DNA from: Sumerlaeia bacterium
Lineage (GTDB): Bacteria; Sumerlaeota; Sumerlaeia; SLMS01; JAHLLQ01
Length of the DNA: 43,746 nt
Direction: 5' to 3'
NCBI GenBank assembly: GCA_040219255.1
Contig: JAVJSW010000083.1
Span: forward strand, 1-43,746
Shown: positions 17,224-27,536 of the stretch, in pieces
Position numbering within the stretch: position 1 is the first letter of the stretch
Layout of the letters: each line of letters begins with the position of its first letter
Translations under genes and position numbers: made by a program
Notes under the pieces: generated by a model
The model's input: only the letters and a program-made list of their open reading frames with translations
Database searches by the model: none
Told to the model about the DNA's origin: nothing

Positions 17224-17420
17224 AACGCACGTCTCCCCTGAAAACTCAGCGTCCTCTGCGACCCGGCGGGCAACACCCCAGCCGGCCCCCAAAGAACCAC
17301 TCAAACCCGGCCCTCCCCGCCGTGTCATCCCCCGCTTCCCCTTGCCCCGGCCCGGACCTTGCAGACCAAGGTGGACCGCATACACTCCCACTCCAAATGT
17401 GGAAAGAGGGATCACCACCC

Positions 17421-18641
17421 ATGAGCAAAAAACTTTCGGTTCGCGACATCGACGTGAAGGGCAAGCGCGTGCTTTGCCGCTGCGATTTCAACGTCCCGCT
17501 CGACGACAATCTCAACATCACCGACGACTCGCGCATCACCGGCGCGCTGCCGACGATCAAGCACATCCTCGACAACGGAGGCCGCCTCATCCTCGCCAGC
17601 CACCTCGGCCGCCCCAAGGGCGAAGCGAAACCCGACATGAGCCTCGCCCCCGTCGCCAAACGCCTCGCCGAACTCCTCGGCAAAGACGTCCCCTTGGCCC
17701 CCGATTGCGTCGGCCCGGAAGTCGAAGCCATGGCCGCCAAACTGCAAGACGGCGACGTCATGCTGCTGGAAAACGTGCGCTTCCACAAGGAAGAGGACGA
17801 AAAACCCAAAGATGGCTCCTTCAGCCCCGCCCGCCAGGAATTCGCCAAGAAAATGGCCGGCCTCGCCGATCTCTACGTCAACGACGCCTTCGGCACCGCC
17901 CACCGCGACCACGTCTCCACCTGCGGCGTGACTCAATTTCTGTCGCCCAACGCCTGCGGCTTCCTCATCGAAAAAGAACTCAAGTACCTCAAAGAAGCCC
18001 TCGACGAACCCCAACGCCCCGTCCTCGCCATCCTCGGCGGCGCCAAGGTCGGCAGCAAAATCGACGTCATCCGCGCCCTGCTCCAGAAATGCGATTACCT
18101 CTTCATCGGCGGCGGCATGACCTACACCTTTTTCAAGCAGATGGGCAAAGAAATCGGCAAGTCCCTCTACGACGCCGAAACCGCCGAGACAGCCAAGGAA
18201 CTGCTGCAAGAAATGAAGTCCGCCCCGGCCCAGGTCGTTCTGCCGGTGGACGTGCTGGTGACAAAGGATTTCGTGGCCGAGTCCCCCACCAAGGTCGTCG
18301 GCGTGGACGACATCCCCGCCGATTGGGAAGGCGTCGACATCGGCCCCGAAACCATCTCGAAGGTCGCGCACCTGATCGAAGAAGCCAACACCGTGGTGTG
18401 GAACGGCCCTCCCGGAGTCTTCGAGCGCGTGGCCTACGAAAAAGGCACCCGCTCCATCGCCGACAAACTGGCCGCGGCCCATCATGCCACCACCATCATC
18501 GGTGGCGGCGACACGGCGGCGGCGGTGATGAAGTACGGTCTTTCCGAAAAGATGAGCCACGTCTCCACCGGCGGCGGCGCCAGCCTCGAATTCCTCGAAG
18601 GCAAGGCCCTTCCCGGCATCGAAGCCCTCGACCGCGCGTAA
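17421..18641 (+). CDS. pgk: Phosphoglycerate kinase
   Basis: [43 protein letters not shown] and [15 protein letters not shown]. Confidence 0.98.
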   Translation: MSKKLSVRDIDVKGKRVLCRCDFNVPLDDNLNITDDSRITGALPTIKHILDNGGRLILASHLGRPKGEAKPDMSLAPVAKRLAELLGKDVPLAPDCVGPEVEAMAAKLQDGDVMLLENVRFHKEEDEKPKDGSFSPARQEFAKKMAGLADLYVNDAFGTAHRDHVSTCGVTQFLSPNACGFLIEKELKYLKEALDEPQRPVLAILGGAKVGSKIDVIRALLQKCDYLFIGGGMTYTFFKQMGKEIGKSLYDAETAETAKELLQEMKSAPAQVVLPVDVLVTKDFVAESPTKVVGVDDIPADWEGVDIGPETISKVAHLIEEANTVVWNGPPGVFERVAYEKGTRSIADKLAAAHHATTIIGGGDTAAAVMKYGLSEKMSHVSTGGGASLEFLEGKALPGIEALDRA

Positions 18642-18767
18642 ACGAACAACGGTGACACGGTGCGTCCCGCCCGTGGCCAGCGGCTCAAAGCCGGCGCCCG
18701 GACGTTTGGCGACAGCCGACTTGCAAGAGTCGAAACGCCGCCGATCATGGCCGGGACGGCCATGTTT

Positions 18768-19280
18768 TTAGCCGATCAAGTTCGGCAACCCCTGCATCCG
18801 CCTCAGCAGCGCCACCTGGCCGACGTGATAGACGTTGTGCAGGATCATGAAGTTCACGACGTCGTTCTTGGTCTTCATGAACTCCGGCACGGGGCCGGCG
18901 GGCGGTTCGTCGATCAGGGCCTCGTCGCTGTGGGCGGCGATGGCGGCTTTGGCGGCTTCGCCGATTTCTTCCAATTGATGCATCAGGATGTCTGGCGCGG
19001 GATAGGCCGCTGCCGCGTCGTGGCCGGTGCCCCGGCCGAACAGCTTGAGCTGCCCGTCCGAGAGCTTGCCGTGGCCCGTCAGACCGATCAGGATGCGGTT
19101 TGTCGAGCCCACGATGTGGCCCAGGGACCAGTGGATCGAGGTCGTGCTGTGGGGCGGGGTGAAGGCCAGATGCCCGGGTTGCCAGGGTTCGGTCTGGAGG
19201 CGCCGCAGCATCATCAGGCTCGTCTCCAGGCTCTTGATGTAGGCGGCGGCCATGGGGGAAATGGCGTGGGGATCACTCAT
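18768..19280 (-). CDS. DinB/YfiT-like family protein
   Basis: His motifs SIHWSLGHI and [12 protein letters not shown]. Overlaps the lpxK stop by 8 bp. Confidence 0.8.
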   Translation of the reverse strand: MSDPHAISPMAAAYIKSLETSLMMLRRLQTEPWQPGHLAFTPPHSTTSIHWSLGHIVGSTNRILIGLTGHGKLSDGQLKLFGRGTGHDAAAAYPAPDILMHQLEEIGEAAKAAIAAHSDEALIDEPPAGPVPEFMKTKNDVVNFMILHNVYHVGQVALLRRMQGLPNLIG

Positions 19281-20469
19281 CGGGGGTGGACCTCTCGGGT
19301 TGGGGATGGGCGTATGGCGCCAGGGCTCGCTGCACAACCGAGGCCAACCGCTCCTCCATTTCCGGGGTGGCGAAGCGCATCGCGATGGAGAGGCTGGCGA
19401 GGGATTCGGGAAGGTCTCCGGCGGCGCCGCCAGTCAGTTTCACGGCGTCCTTTTCCGTGACCAGCACGGCGTCGGCGGCGAGGCGCAGGCGCTCCTCTTC
19501 CCAGAATGCCAGGTCCTCGGTGGTGTACTTCGCATGGTCTCCGCAGGCCTTGAGTGCGACAACTTGCGCCCCGGTTGATTCCAGGGTGCGGCGGAACCCC
19601 TCGGGATGGCCGACGCCGCAGGCCGCAATGACGCGCCGCCCGGCGAGGGCCGACGCCACCGGTTCGCGTCGGTCGGCCGCCAGCCAACGCACTTCGACGG
19701 GGTCGAAGCGGCATGCCAGCAGCGGAGTCTCCGGGTGGCGCTGGCTCAGGAAGGCGGCATTCTCTTGGGCCGAGGACAGGTTGTCGCTCCAGCGTGTCTG
19801 GAGAAAGACGTGGGCTCGGGAGAGGGCGGCGAGGGGTTCGCGCAGGGTTCCGCGGGGGAACACGCGCATGCGGGGGAGAGGCTTCGTGGCGTCGATCAGA
19901 ACGACGTTGAGGTCGCGGGCGAGGCGGTGGTGCTGGAAGCCGTCGTCGAGGAGCAGCACGTTCGCGCCGTAGCGGGCGATGGCTTCGGCGCCGGAGCGGG
20001 CGCGTTCGCTGCATGCGAGGACCGGCACATCGGCCAGTTCCCGGGCCATCAGCACCGGTTCGTCGCCGCCTTCCTGCGGGCCGGCGAGGAGGCGCTCGCC
20101 GTCGTGAACGACGGTGAGGGCATTTTCCTTTTGACGGCGATAACCGCGCGACAGGATCGCGGGGCGGAGTCCTTGCTGTCTGAGCCAGCGCGCCATCCAG
20201 ATCGTGACGGGTGTCTTGCCGGTGCCGCCGAGGCTGATGTTGCCGATGGCGATGACGGGGGCGGTCAGGCGGAGGGGGATTTTCGCGCCGGATTCATAGC
20301 GGCGCCGATTGCGCAGCGCGCCCCAGCCGTAGGCCGAAGAGAGGCCGGATAAACCGTGTTGGATCAAGCGTTCGGCGGAAGAATCAGGGGCGCCATCGTC
20401 CGCAAGCTGGTGAAAGAACCGTTCGAGAGACACGGGAGGGGGGAAGTGCTCCGGTAAAAAAAGAAACAC
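19273..20469 (-). CDS. lpxK: Tetraacyldisaccharide 4'-kinase
   Basis: IGNISLGGTGKTP, LSRGY, GDEP, LDDGFQH, P.G.LRE, DH..Y and TEKDAVK. Confidence 0.95.
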   Translation of the reverse strand: MFLFLPEHFPPPVSLERFFHQLADDGAPDSSAERLIQHGLSGLSSAYGWGALRNRRRYESGAKIPLRLTAPVIAIGNISLGGTGKTPVTIWMARWLRQQGLRPAILSRGYRRQKENALTVVHDGERLLAGPQEGGDEPVLMARELADVPVLACSERARSGAEAIARYGANVLLLDDGFQHHRLARDLNVVLIDATKPLPRMRVFPRGTLREPLAALSRAHVFLQTRWSDNLSSAQENAAFLSQRHPETPLLACRFDPVEVRWLAADRREPVASALAGRRVIAACGVGHPEGFRRTLESTGAQVVALKACGDHAKYTTEDLAFWEEERLRLAADAVLVTEKDAVKLTGGAAGDLPESLASLSIAMRFATPEMEERLASVVQRALAPYAHPQPERSTPDE

Positions 20470-20887
20470 CCGACGTCATAATCGGGAGTCGAGAGGCCAT
20501 TAGCTTTGTGAGGGACGAGGGGTAACTTGTATCGTCGTTCCCGAGACTGACACCGGCTTTGTGGGAAACCCGCCGTCGTGTTGCTCAAGTCATGGTGGGC
20601 GCTGCCCGGTGAAACATATCGTTCGGGAATGAGCATGCGGGATGGAATGATCCATACGCAAGGACAAAAAGGCGCGCGGTGTCATTTTGTCTGTGCGGGA
20701 TGCTTCACAATTCCAGCAATAGGGTTGCCCGCTGTCACCGTAACCGCTGAATTTGCATGGATTTGACCTCCCTGCGACGGTTTTCCCTGCCGAGGGATTT
20801 GAGCCTAGACAAGAAAGATGCCGAATTCCTGAGCGGCGTGTGCGTCTCGGCGTTGACGCCCGGATTTCCGGGCGCCAGCGTTGTGTC

Positions 20888-21907
20888 ATGATTGGCTTTT
20901 TCTTCAGACGGCTCCTGTTGGCGATCCCGCTGGTTCTGGCGGCGTCGCTGATTATTTTTCTGATTTTTGAACTGAGTAACGTCGACCCCGCTCAGCGTTA
21001 TCTGGGCGAACGGTCGCAAAACGAGGAGGTGGTGCAGCAGCTCCGTGAGGAGTGGGGGCTGAACGATCCGGCTCCGGAGCGCTACGTCCGTTTTGTCTGG
21101 AACGCGATGCGGGGCGATTTCGGCAAGAGCATCCGCACCGGCCGCCCGGTGGCCGACGAAATCCGCGAGCGTCTGCCGGCGACCATCGAGCTGGCGGGGG
21201 CGGCGCTGCTGCTGAGTACGATTTTTGGCCTCGTCAGCGGCATTGTCGCCGGGTTAAAACGCAACAGCATCTACGATTACACGGCGATGAGCATCGCGCT
21301 GCTGGGCGTGTCACTGCCGGTGTTCTGGCTGGCGCTGCTGCTGGCGTGGCTGTTCGGCCAGAAGCTCGGGTGGCTGCCGCTGGATCAGCGCTACAATCTG
21401 ATTTACAGCGGCACGGTGCCGACGCGCACCGGCCTTTGGGTGGTGGATGCGGCGCTGTCTGGGAATTGGGACGCGTTCAAGGATGGGCTGGCGCATCTGG
21501 TGCTGCCGGCGGTGACGCTGGCGGCGGTCAGCAGCGCCCTGGTGGCGCGGATGACCCGCTCGTCGATTCTGGAAGTGGTTCGCGCCGACTTCATCCGCAC
21601 CGCCGAGGCTAAAGGCGTGAGCCGCGCCCGCTGGCTGTGGCACGTGCTGCGGAACGCTCTGATCCCGGTGGTGACGATTATCGGCCTGGAAATCCCGGCG
21701 CTGCTGGGCGGGGCGGTGATTACGGAAACGATTTTCACTTGGCCGGGCATGGGGAGTCTGCTGATTGAGAGCATCCTCTTCGGCGATATCCCGGCGGTTC
21801 AGGGGCTGGTGATGTTTCTGACGGTGCTGTTCGTGGTGGCGAATATCCTGGTGGATATCACGTACGCGGTGCTGGATCCGAGGATTCGGGTGGGGAAGAA
21901 GGCGTGA
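20888..21907 (+). CDS. dppB: Peptide/nickel ABC transporter permease (DppB/OppB)
   Basis: GDFGKS, PATIELA, S.PVFW, EAA loop DFIRTAEAKG, HVLRNALIP and YAVLDPRIR. ATG at 20888. Confidence 0.9.
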   Translation: MIGFFFRRLLLAIPLVLAASLIIFLIFELSNVDPAQRYLGERSQNEEVVQQLREEWGLNDPAPERYVRFVWNAMRGDFGKSIRTGRPVADEIRERLPATIELAGAALLLSTIFGLVSGIVAGLKRNSIYDYTAMSIALLGVSLPVFWLALLLAWLFGQKLGWLPLDQRYNLIYSGTVPTRTGLWVVDAALSGNWDAFKDGLAHLVLPAVTLAAVSSALVARMTRSSILEVVRADFIRTAEAKGVSRARWLWHVLRNALIPVVTIIGLEIPALLGGAVITETIFTWPGMGSLLIESILFGDIPAVQGLVMFLTVLFVVANILVDITYAVLDPRIRVGKKA

Positions 21908-21922
21908 ATGGGGGACTTTTTA

Positions 21923-21996
21923 AATTCACCGCGGAGGCGCGGAGGGCGCGGAGATTTTTGAATTCACCACAGAGACACCGAGGGCACAGAGAGATT
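21923..21996 (+). repeat. Two tandem family A units (CGCGGAG and CACAGAG variants)
   Basis: aattcaccgcggaggcgcggagggcgcggagattt followed by aattcaccacagagacaccgagggcacagagagattt. Confidence 0.8.
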
Positions 21997-22106
21997 TGGT
22001 TTTGTTGAGTTTATCTTGTTTGCGGGAAGTAGTCGAGCAGCTATAAACCGGCGAATGCGGATGGTGTTAGGGTCCGATGAAGGCCTCCCAGATCATCCGA
22101 AAGATA

Positions 22107-22146
22107 CCCTCTGTGAAGCCTCTGTCCTCTGTGCATCTCTGTGGTT
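22107..22146 (-). repeat. Family A repeat, inverted relative to 21923-21996
   Basis: ccctctgtgaagcctctgtcctctgtgcatctctgtggtt. Confidence 0.8.
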
Positions 22147-22207
22147 GATCCATTCCTCGGCGGAATAGCGCTGGAACGCGGCGGCTTCGCGCGTTAGGTT
22201 GCGGCCC

Positions 22208-23473
22208 ATGGACACGTTGCGCGATCATTTGAACCAGCTTTCTTTTTGGCACCTGGACGTTGGTCCGGGGGATTTGCCCGTGGATGGGGATCCTCCGGCG
22301 CGGGTGAAGTGGCTGATCGTGGGGGCGGGGATGACGGGGGCGGCGGCGGCTTATCAGTTGGTGGCCGGTGGCGAGGACCCGGACGCCATCGCGGTGATCG
22401 ATGGGGCGCGGCCGGGGCTGGGGGCTTCGGGGCGCAATGGCGGGTTCGCCTGGCGCATTCCCTGTTGGGAGGAAATCGGTCCTTGGCGCGCGGCGCTGGG
22501 CGAGGCGGGCGTGCGGGATTTGCTGGAGGCGGGCGCCGAAAGCCAGGCCGCCGTGAGCGCCTTCTGCGAACGAGAGAATGTGCCGATGCAACGCGGCGGC
22601 GGATTCGACATCGCCGAAAGGCCAGAGGACCTCGGGGTGATGGAGCGCCACGCGGCGTTCCTGCGCGATGCGGGATGGCAGAGCATCGAGGTCCGCCCGC
22701 AGTGCCCCGGCCCGGACCCGGAGCTGGGGCCGGTGACCCACGACGCGGAGGCCTTTGGGGTGCAGCCGGCCATCTACACAGGGCGGCTGCTGCGCGCGTC
22801 CGGCGTGCGGGTTAGCGCGGATTGTCCGGCGCAGGCCAAGAACCTGTTCGTCACCGGTGGCGCGGTGCTGGTGAACACGCCCCGGGGTGGGATCGAGGCG
22901 GAGCGGGTGATCCTGGCGACGAATGCGTTTCTGTGGCTCGGCTTCCGCACCTGGGTCGGGGACTATCCGGTGATTCCCGGGCGGAATCAGGTCCTTCTGG
23001 CGGCCATCGCGGGCGAGGCGGACAACCGGCTCTGGGGCGACGGGACTTACAACCATGGCTTCGATTACTGGCGCCAATTGCCCGATGGAAACCTGCTGCT
23101 GGGTGGTGGCCGCGACCGCGACATGGACGGCGAGACGACATTCGCCCTGGGTCCGAACGATGCGGTGCTGGCGTATCTGGAAAACGAGAAGCTGCCGCGC
23201 CTGACGGGCGGGCGTCCGGCCGAGGTGCTCGCGCGTTGGTCCGGGATTCTGGGCTTCTCGCCGGACCGGCTGCCGCTGATGGGCGTGCTGCCGTGGAGCG
23301 AAGGGCGCATCGGCCTGGCCGCCGGGTTCTCGGGCCATGGGTTCCGCTACCACTGGAGCGCCACCCGCCGCCTGATCGCGGCGATGCGGGATGGGGACGC
23401 GGGGGCGCTGGGGGTGTTTCACGGGCGGCGGTTGGGGGAGCAAAACTCGCACGGCTCCCTTGACATTTCCTAG
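22208..23473 (+). CDS. FAD-dependent oxidoreductase, DAO/PuuB family
   Basis: IVGAGMTG, GASGRNGG, VILATNA, WSG..GFSPDRLP and GFSGHG. Confidence 0.9.
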   Translation: MDTLRDHLNQLSFWHLDVGPGDLPVDGDPPARVKWLIVGAGMTGAAAAYQLVAGGEDPDAIAVIDGARPGLGASGRNGGFAWRIPCWEEIGPWRAALGEAGVRDLLEAGAESQAAVSAFCERENVPMQRGGGFDIAERPEDLGVMERHAAFLRDAGWQSIEVRPQCPGPDPELGPVTHDAEAFGVQPAIYTGRLLRASGVRVSADCPAQAKNLFVTGGAVLVNTPRGGIEAERVILATNAFLWLGFRTWVGDYPVIPGRNQVLLAAIAGEADNRLWGDGTYNHGFDYWRQLPDGNLLLGGGRDRDMDGETTFALGPNDAVLAYLENEKLPRLTGGRPAEVLARWSGILGFSPDRLPLMGVLPWSEGRIGLAAGFSGHGFRYHWSATRRLIAAMRDGDAGALGVFHGRRLGEQNSHGSLDIS

Positions 23474-23536
23474 CCCCCCGCTGGCTCGACCTTCCTTGAT
23501 GAGGTCCTTCCATTTTCCCTGAGAGCCCGACTCGCT

Positions 23537-25024
23537 ATGGAAACTCAAGACAACGTTCAGGCGACGAGTCGGCCTTCGACAGGTCACCCCGACCGCCTCT
23601 TCCACGCCCTCCTGGCCCTGCTGCTGCTCGGCGCCGGGGCGTGGTACCTGTGGGTTCAGGTGACGCAGTTCCGGGCGTTGGAGGTTTACCTCGCCGATGT
23701 CGGATCGTTTGTGTCGGTGATTGCAGGGCCGGTGCATGGGGCGGGGTTGCAGACGCCGGTGGCGTGGCGGGTGGAGGGCGCGAACTATTTTGGCATTCAT
23801 TTCCAGCCCGCGTTGCTGGCGCTGACGCCGCTGTTTCTGGTGGCGAACCATAGCCTGACGTTCCTGGTGGCGCTGACGTTGGCGGCGGTGGGGGCGGCGT
23901 GGCCGCTGGCGATCTGGGCGCGGCGGGAAACCGGCAGCCGGGCGCTCGGGCTGGGGTTCGCGGCGCTGTATTTGGGGAACCACTTCGCGTTGTCGATGCA
24001 GTTGGCGAACCACCCGGAGAGCCTGGCGATGCCGGGGTTTTTCTGCGCGTTCCTGGCGCTGCGGGCCCGCCGCCCGGTGCTCTATGGGTTGGCGGTGCTG
24101 TGGGTGTTGATGGTCAAGGAAGACTTCGCGCTGGCGATGTTCCTGTTCGGCGGGGCGCTGCTGGCGCAGCGGGACCGGCGCGAGCTGTGGCCCTGGGCCG
24201 CCGCCACCATGGGCGGGACGGTGATCTGGGGCGCGTTCGCGGTGGCGATGATGGCGGCATGCGGCCATGCCGAGATGGCCGCCGCGGGGGCGACGGCTTC
24301 GGCGCGGTTCGCGAGCATGGGCGATTCGGTGCCGGAAATCGCGCTGTACGCGCTGACGCATCCGGGGGTTGTCGCCGCGCGGTTTTTCTCGTGGCCGTTG
24401 GTGCTGCTGTATTTGTCGGTGCTGGCGCTGCCGCTGGTGGATTGGCGGACGGCGTGGTTGCCGGCGCTGGGGGCGGCACCGGTGTTGATTTGCGACGACG
24501 CGCTGCTGCGGACGTTGCCGTATTATTACAGCTACCTGGCGCTGCCGTTCCTGTTCTACGGAGCCGTTCGCGGAGCCGCCGTCCTGAAGGCCCGTTTTCC
24601 CGGCCGCCCCGCGCTCGTGGCCAAGGGCTTCGCCGCTGCGCTCCTTGCCGCTGGCGCGGTGCAGAGCGCCCTCCCGACCCGCACCGACGGCCGCCGCCAT
24701 GTGCCCTTTGAGGTGACGGAGCGCGACCGCCTCGTGCCCGAGATCGTGACGCTGATTCCGGCGGACGCGACGGTGGCGGTGCAGTACGACCTGTTCCCCC
24801 AGGTCCCGCCGCGCGAGGTCCTCCTGCCCATGCGTCTCGCCTACGTGGATCAGGTCGAGTACATCCTGATGAACCAGCGCCGTTTTCCATCCGACCTGGC
24901 AGACAAAGGCGACGAATTCCAGCAGATGGTCGCCCGCATCAACGCGCTGGATTTCGAGGTGGCGTTCGAGGCGGAGGGGTTTGTGCTGTTGCAGCGGGGG
25001 GATTGGGATGGGGTTTCGAAGTAG
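23537..25024 (+). CDS. DUF2079-like polytopic membrane protein (possible GT-C fold)
   Basis: D.G.F, YFGIHFQP, HPE, VKED and multiple TM helices, with a C-terminal IP.DA.V soluble domain. Confidence 0.75.
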   Translation: METQDNVQATSRPSTGHPDRLFHALLALLLLGAGAWYLWVQVTQFRALEVYLADVGSFVSVIAGPVHGAGLQTPVAWRVEGANYFGIHFQPALLALTPLFLVANHSLTFLVALTLAAVGAAWPLAIWARRETGSRALGLGFAALYLGNHFALSMQLANHPESLAMPGFFCAFLALRARRPVLYGLAVLWVLMVKEDFALAMFLFGGALLAQRDRRELWPWAAATMGGTVIWGAFAVAMMAACGHAEMAAAGATASARFASMGDSVPEIALYALTHPGVVAARFFSWPLVLLYLSVLALPLVDWRTAWLPALGAAPVLICDDALLRTLPYYYSYLALPFLFYGAVRGAAVLKARFPGRPALVAKGFAAALLAAGAVQSALPTRTDGRRHVPFEVTERDRLVPEIVTLIPADATVAVQYDLFPQVPPREVLLPMRLAYVDQVEYILMNQRRFPSDLADKGDEFQQMVARINALDFEVAFEAEGFVLLQRGDWDGVSK

Positions 25025-25161
25025 CCCATCTCGCCCTTTCTTACCTGTATCCTGCTGAAAAAGGATGGCTCGATGAATTTTGCCTTTTCCAGAATCATCC
25101 TTGAATACCGCTGTCCCTACTGCGTACCATTTTCGATCTGCCTCCAGAAGGGAAACTTTGC

Positions 25162-26277
25162 ATGAATACCAGACTTCTAAGCTCTCTGATTGGCGTGGCC
25201 CTGCTGCTTTGCGTCGGCGTTCTGCCCCGTACTGCTCTCGCCCAGGATGGTCCCCAGCCCTTCGCTCTCATGCCCGCGGAATCAAATATGATCGTCCGTG
25301 TCGACCTGGCCGGCTTGCTGGAAATGAAGGTCGTGCAGCAAGTGGCCGCATCCATGGGCATCAGTGACAGCGGAGGGATACGCCAAGCATTGCTCAATAA
25401 GTTGACGGCGGACCCTGAAACCGAAGAGCCCGAGCTGCTTCAGTTTCTGATCGGTCAGGTGCAGGTTCTTGAAGTCGGCGACCTGCGGACTCTCACCACT
25501 GTTCAAGAGGATGCCGACGACGAGTCCATGGTGATCGTCCAGGGCCGGTACGACGCTCAGAAGTTTGCCGCCCTACTGAAACAATACAACTATGAAGTGT
25601 CTTCAAAGCACCACGGCGTGTCGATCTTCCGTTCGCAGCCAAACGAATACGGCACCATCAGTTACACGACGATGCTGAACAACTACTCCATCGCCGGTAG
25701 CGAGAGCGAAGCGGCTATCAAGCAACTGATCGATCAAGCCAAGTCGCCGGACGCCAAGTCGATTCCGGAAGCTCAAACACGCGTCACTCAGTTTCTTTTT
25801 GGTGCGAAAAATCCCATCTTCTTCGCGGCCCGTATCTCGCCAGAGGAACGGACAGAGATGGCGAAAGAAATGGCGGCAATGGCGCAGCAGCTCGGCCAGG
25901 CGAACTTCGATCCGCAACTGATGGCCGAACTGCATGCCTTTTCCATCGTGGTGAAGGAAGATGCCACAAATCTCAATCTGTCCATGTACGGTGACTTCGG
26001 CAGTCCGGAAGCCGCCGCCAAAGTCCTGCAGCAGGCGCAAACCTCTCTAAAGACCCAATTGGCACAACTGGAGCAGATGCTGGCCCAAGTCGGCAATTCT
26101 CCCCAGGGCGCTCAGTTCCAGATGATGTACAGTATCATGAAGGGCATCGACCTTCAGGCCAAAGGTTCGCTGGTGATGGTGAACCTGCCGGTGCCTCAGA
26201 TGGTCCTTTCAATGGCCGCTCCCATGCTGCTCTCCGCCTTTCAAAACAACCAGCAACAGCCCGCTGGAAATTACTAG
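25162..26277 (+). CDS. Secreted hypothetical protein
   Basis: Signal peptide ending ALA-Q. Gln/Met-rich C-terminus. Visibly lower GC than the flanking genes. Confidence 0.8.
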   Translation: MNTRLLSSLIGVALLLCVGVLPRTALAQDGPQPFALMPAESNMIVRVDLAGLLEMKVVQQVAASMGISDSGGIRQALLNKLTADPETEEPELLQFLIGQVQVLEVGDLRTLTTVQEDADDESMVIVQGRYDAQKFAALLKQYNYEVSSKHHGVSIFRSQPNEYGTISYTTMLNNYSIAGSESEAAIKQLIDQAKSPDAKSIPEAQTRVTQFLFGAKNPIFFAARISPEERTEMAKEMAAMAQQLGQANFDPQLMAELHAFSIVVKEDATNLNLSMYGDFGSPEAAAKVLQQAQTSLKTQLAQLEQMLAQVGNSPQGAQFQMMYSIMKGIDLQAKGSLVMVNLPVPQMVLSMAAPMLLSAFQNNQQQPAGNY

Positions 26278-26455
26278 ACGCGGTACAGTCCGATCCTGAG
26301 CATCATCGAAAGGCGTCTTGGAGCGCTCCCCGCTGCCGCCCGGACCCTTGCCCCTTGACAGGACCCGCGCCAGCCCCTGCTATCGAGGCATGCAACTGGT
26401 TTCACAGCCACGGTGCCGGCGCCCCCATTTCCCCTCGCTCAGGAGTTCCCGCCCC

Positions 26456-27343
26456 ATGACCCGACCCCTTCTCTGGCTCAATGGCGAACTGATGGATCTG
26501 GCCGATGGCCGCATCCCCATCGAAGACCGCGGGTACCAGTTTGCCGACGGGCTCTACGAGGTCATCCGCTTCGAGAACGGCCGGCCCCTCATGCTGCGCG
26601 AACACCTCGAGCGGTGGAAAGCCAGCGCCGAAGAACTGCTCATCGACATGCCCGGCACTCTCGACAGCCGCGAAGCCCTCGTCCGCGAACTGGTCGACCG
26701 CTCCGGCTTCTCCTTCGCCACCGTGTACGGTCAACTCACCCGGGGCGTCGCCCCCCGCAACCACGTCTTCCCCTCCGCGTCCACGCCTCCGACGGAGATC
26801 TGGATCGTGAAGCCTTGGAAGCCTTGGGCCGAGGAGCTTTACGAGACCGGCGTGTCCCTCTTCAGCCAGCCCGACGAGCGCTGGACCCGGTGCAACATCA
26901 AGAGCATTTCGCTCCTGCCCAACGTGCTGGCCAAGGAGAAGGCCAAGCGCGCCGGGGGGTTCGAGGCCCTGCTCTATCGCGAGGACGGCACCGTGACCGA
27001 ATGCTCGGCGGCCAACGCTTACTGCGTGTGCGGCGGAGTGGTGCGCACCCATCCGCTCAGCAACCGCATTCTGCCCGGCATCGCCCGCATGATGATCCTG
27101 GATGTCGCCCGCCAGATCGGTGTCCCGGTGCAGGAAGAAGCCGCCACGCTGGACGAATTCCGCGCCGCCGACGAAGTCTTCATCTCCTCGACCACGATGG
27201 ACCTGATGCCCGTGACCCAGATCGACGGCCAGGACATCGGCACCGGAGAGGTCGGCCCCGTCAGCCAACGCCTCCTCGCAGCCGCCCGCGACCGCGTGGC
27301 GGAGTTGACCGGCACGGCCGAGGCGGTGCGGGATTACGCGTGA
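26456..27343 (+). CDS. dat: D-amino-acid aminotransferase (class IV PLP)
   Basis: EDRGYQFADGLYEV, TRGVAPRNH.FP, RCNIKSISLLPNVLAK and ILPGIAR. Confidence 0.88.
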   Translation: MTRPLLWLNGELMDLADGRIPIEDRGYQFADGLYEVIRFENGRPLMLREHLERWKASAEELLIDMPGTLDSREALVRELVDRSGFSFATVYGQLTRGVAPRNHVFPSASTPPTEIWIVKPWKPWAEELYETGVSLFSQPDERWTRCNIKSISLLPNVLAKEKAKRAGGFEALLYREDGTVTECSAANAYCVCGGVVRTHPLSNRILPGIARMMILDVARQIGVPVQEEAATLDEFRAADEVFISSTTMDLMPVTQIDGQDIGTGEVGPVSQRLLAAARDRVAELTGTAEAVRDYA

Positions 27344-27536
27344 GAAGCTGGGCTATGCCCTTCCAACGTAACCGAGTTGCCCCGGTCTGACCAACCACGC
27401 GCCGAACGCCTCCGGCTGGCCGTGAACGGCGATAAACCTTGATCCATGAACGATCTGCCCGCTTCCTAAGGGAGGCGCCGCGGAGCCTTGTGCCGGTGTC
27501 CGGCTTCCGGCTGCGATGAAGGAGTTGAATCGGGAC

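Noticed and set aside
17220-17420. 67-aa N-terminal extension of Pgk
   Set aside because: The ATG belongs to repeat element B and the extension is low-complexity. The canonical Pgk start with an RBS is at 17421.
20470-20887. Possible riboswitch or sRNA in the 420-bp lpxK-dppB gap
   Set aside because: Some pairing potential exists, but I recognise no family motif. An Rfam/Infernal scan would be needed.
22067-24700. Long antisense ORFs (also 38967..40994, 8053..9684, 9393..11102, 35801..37375, 4393..5916)
   Set aside because: These are shadow ORFs typical of high-GC DNA, opposite well-supported genes and without motifs.
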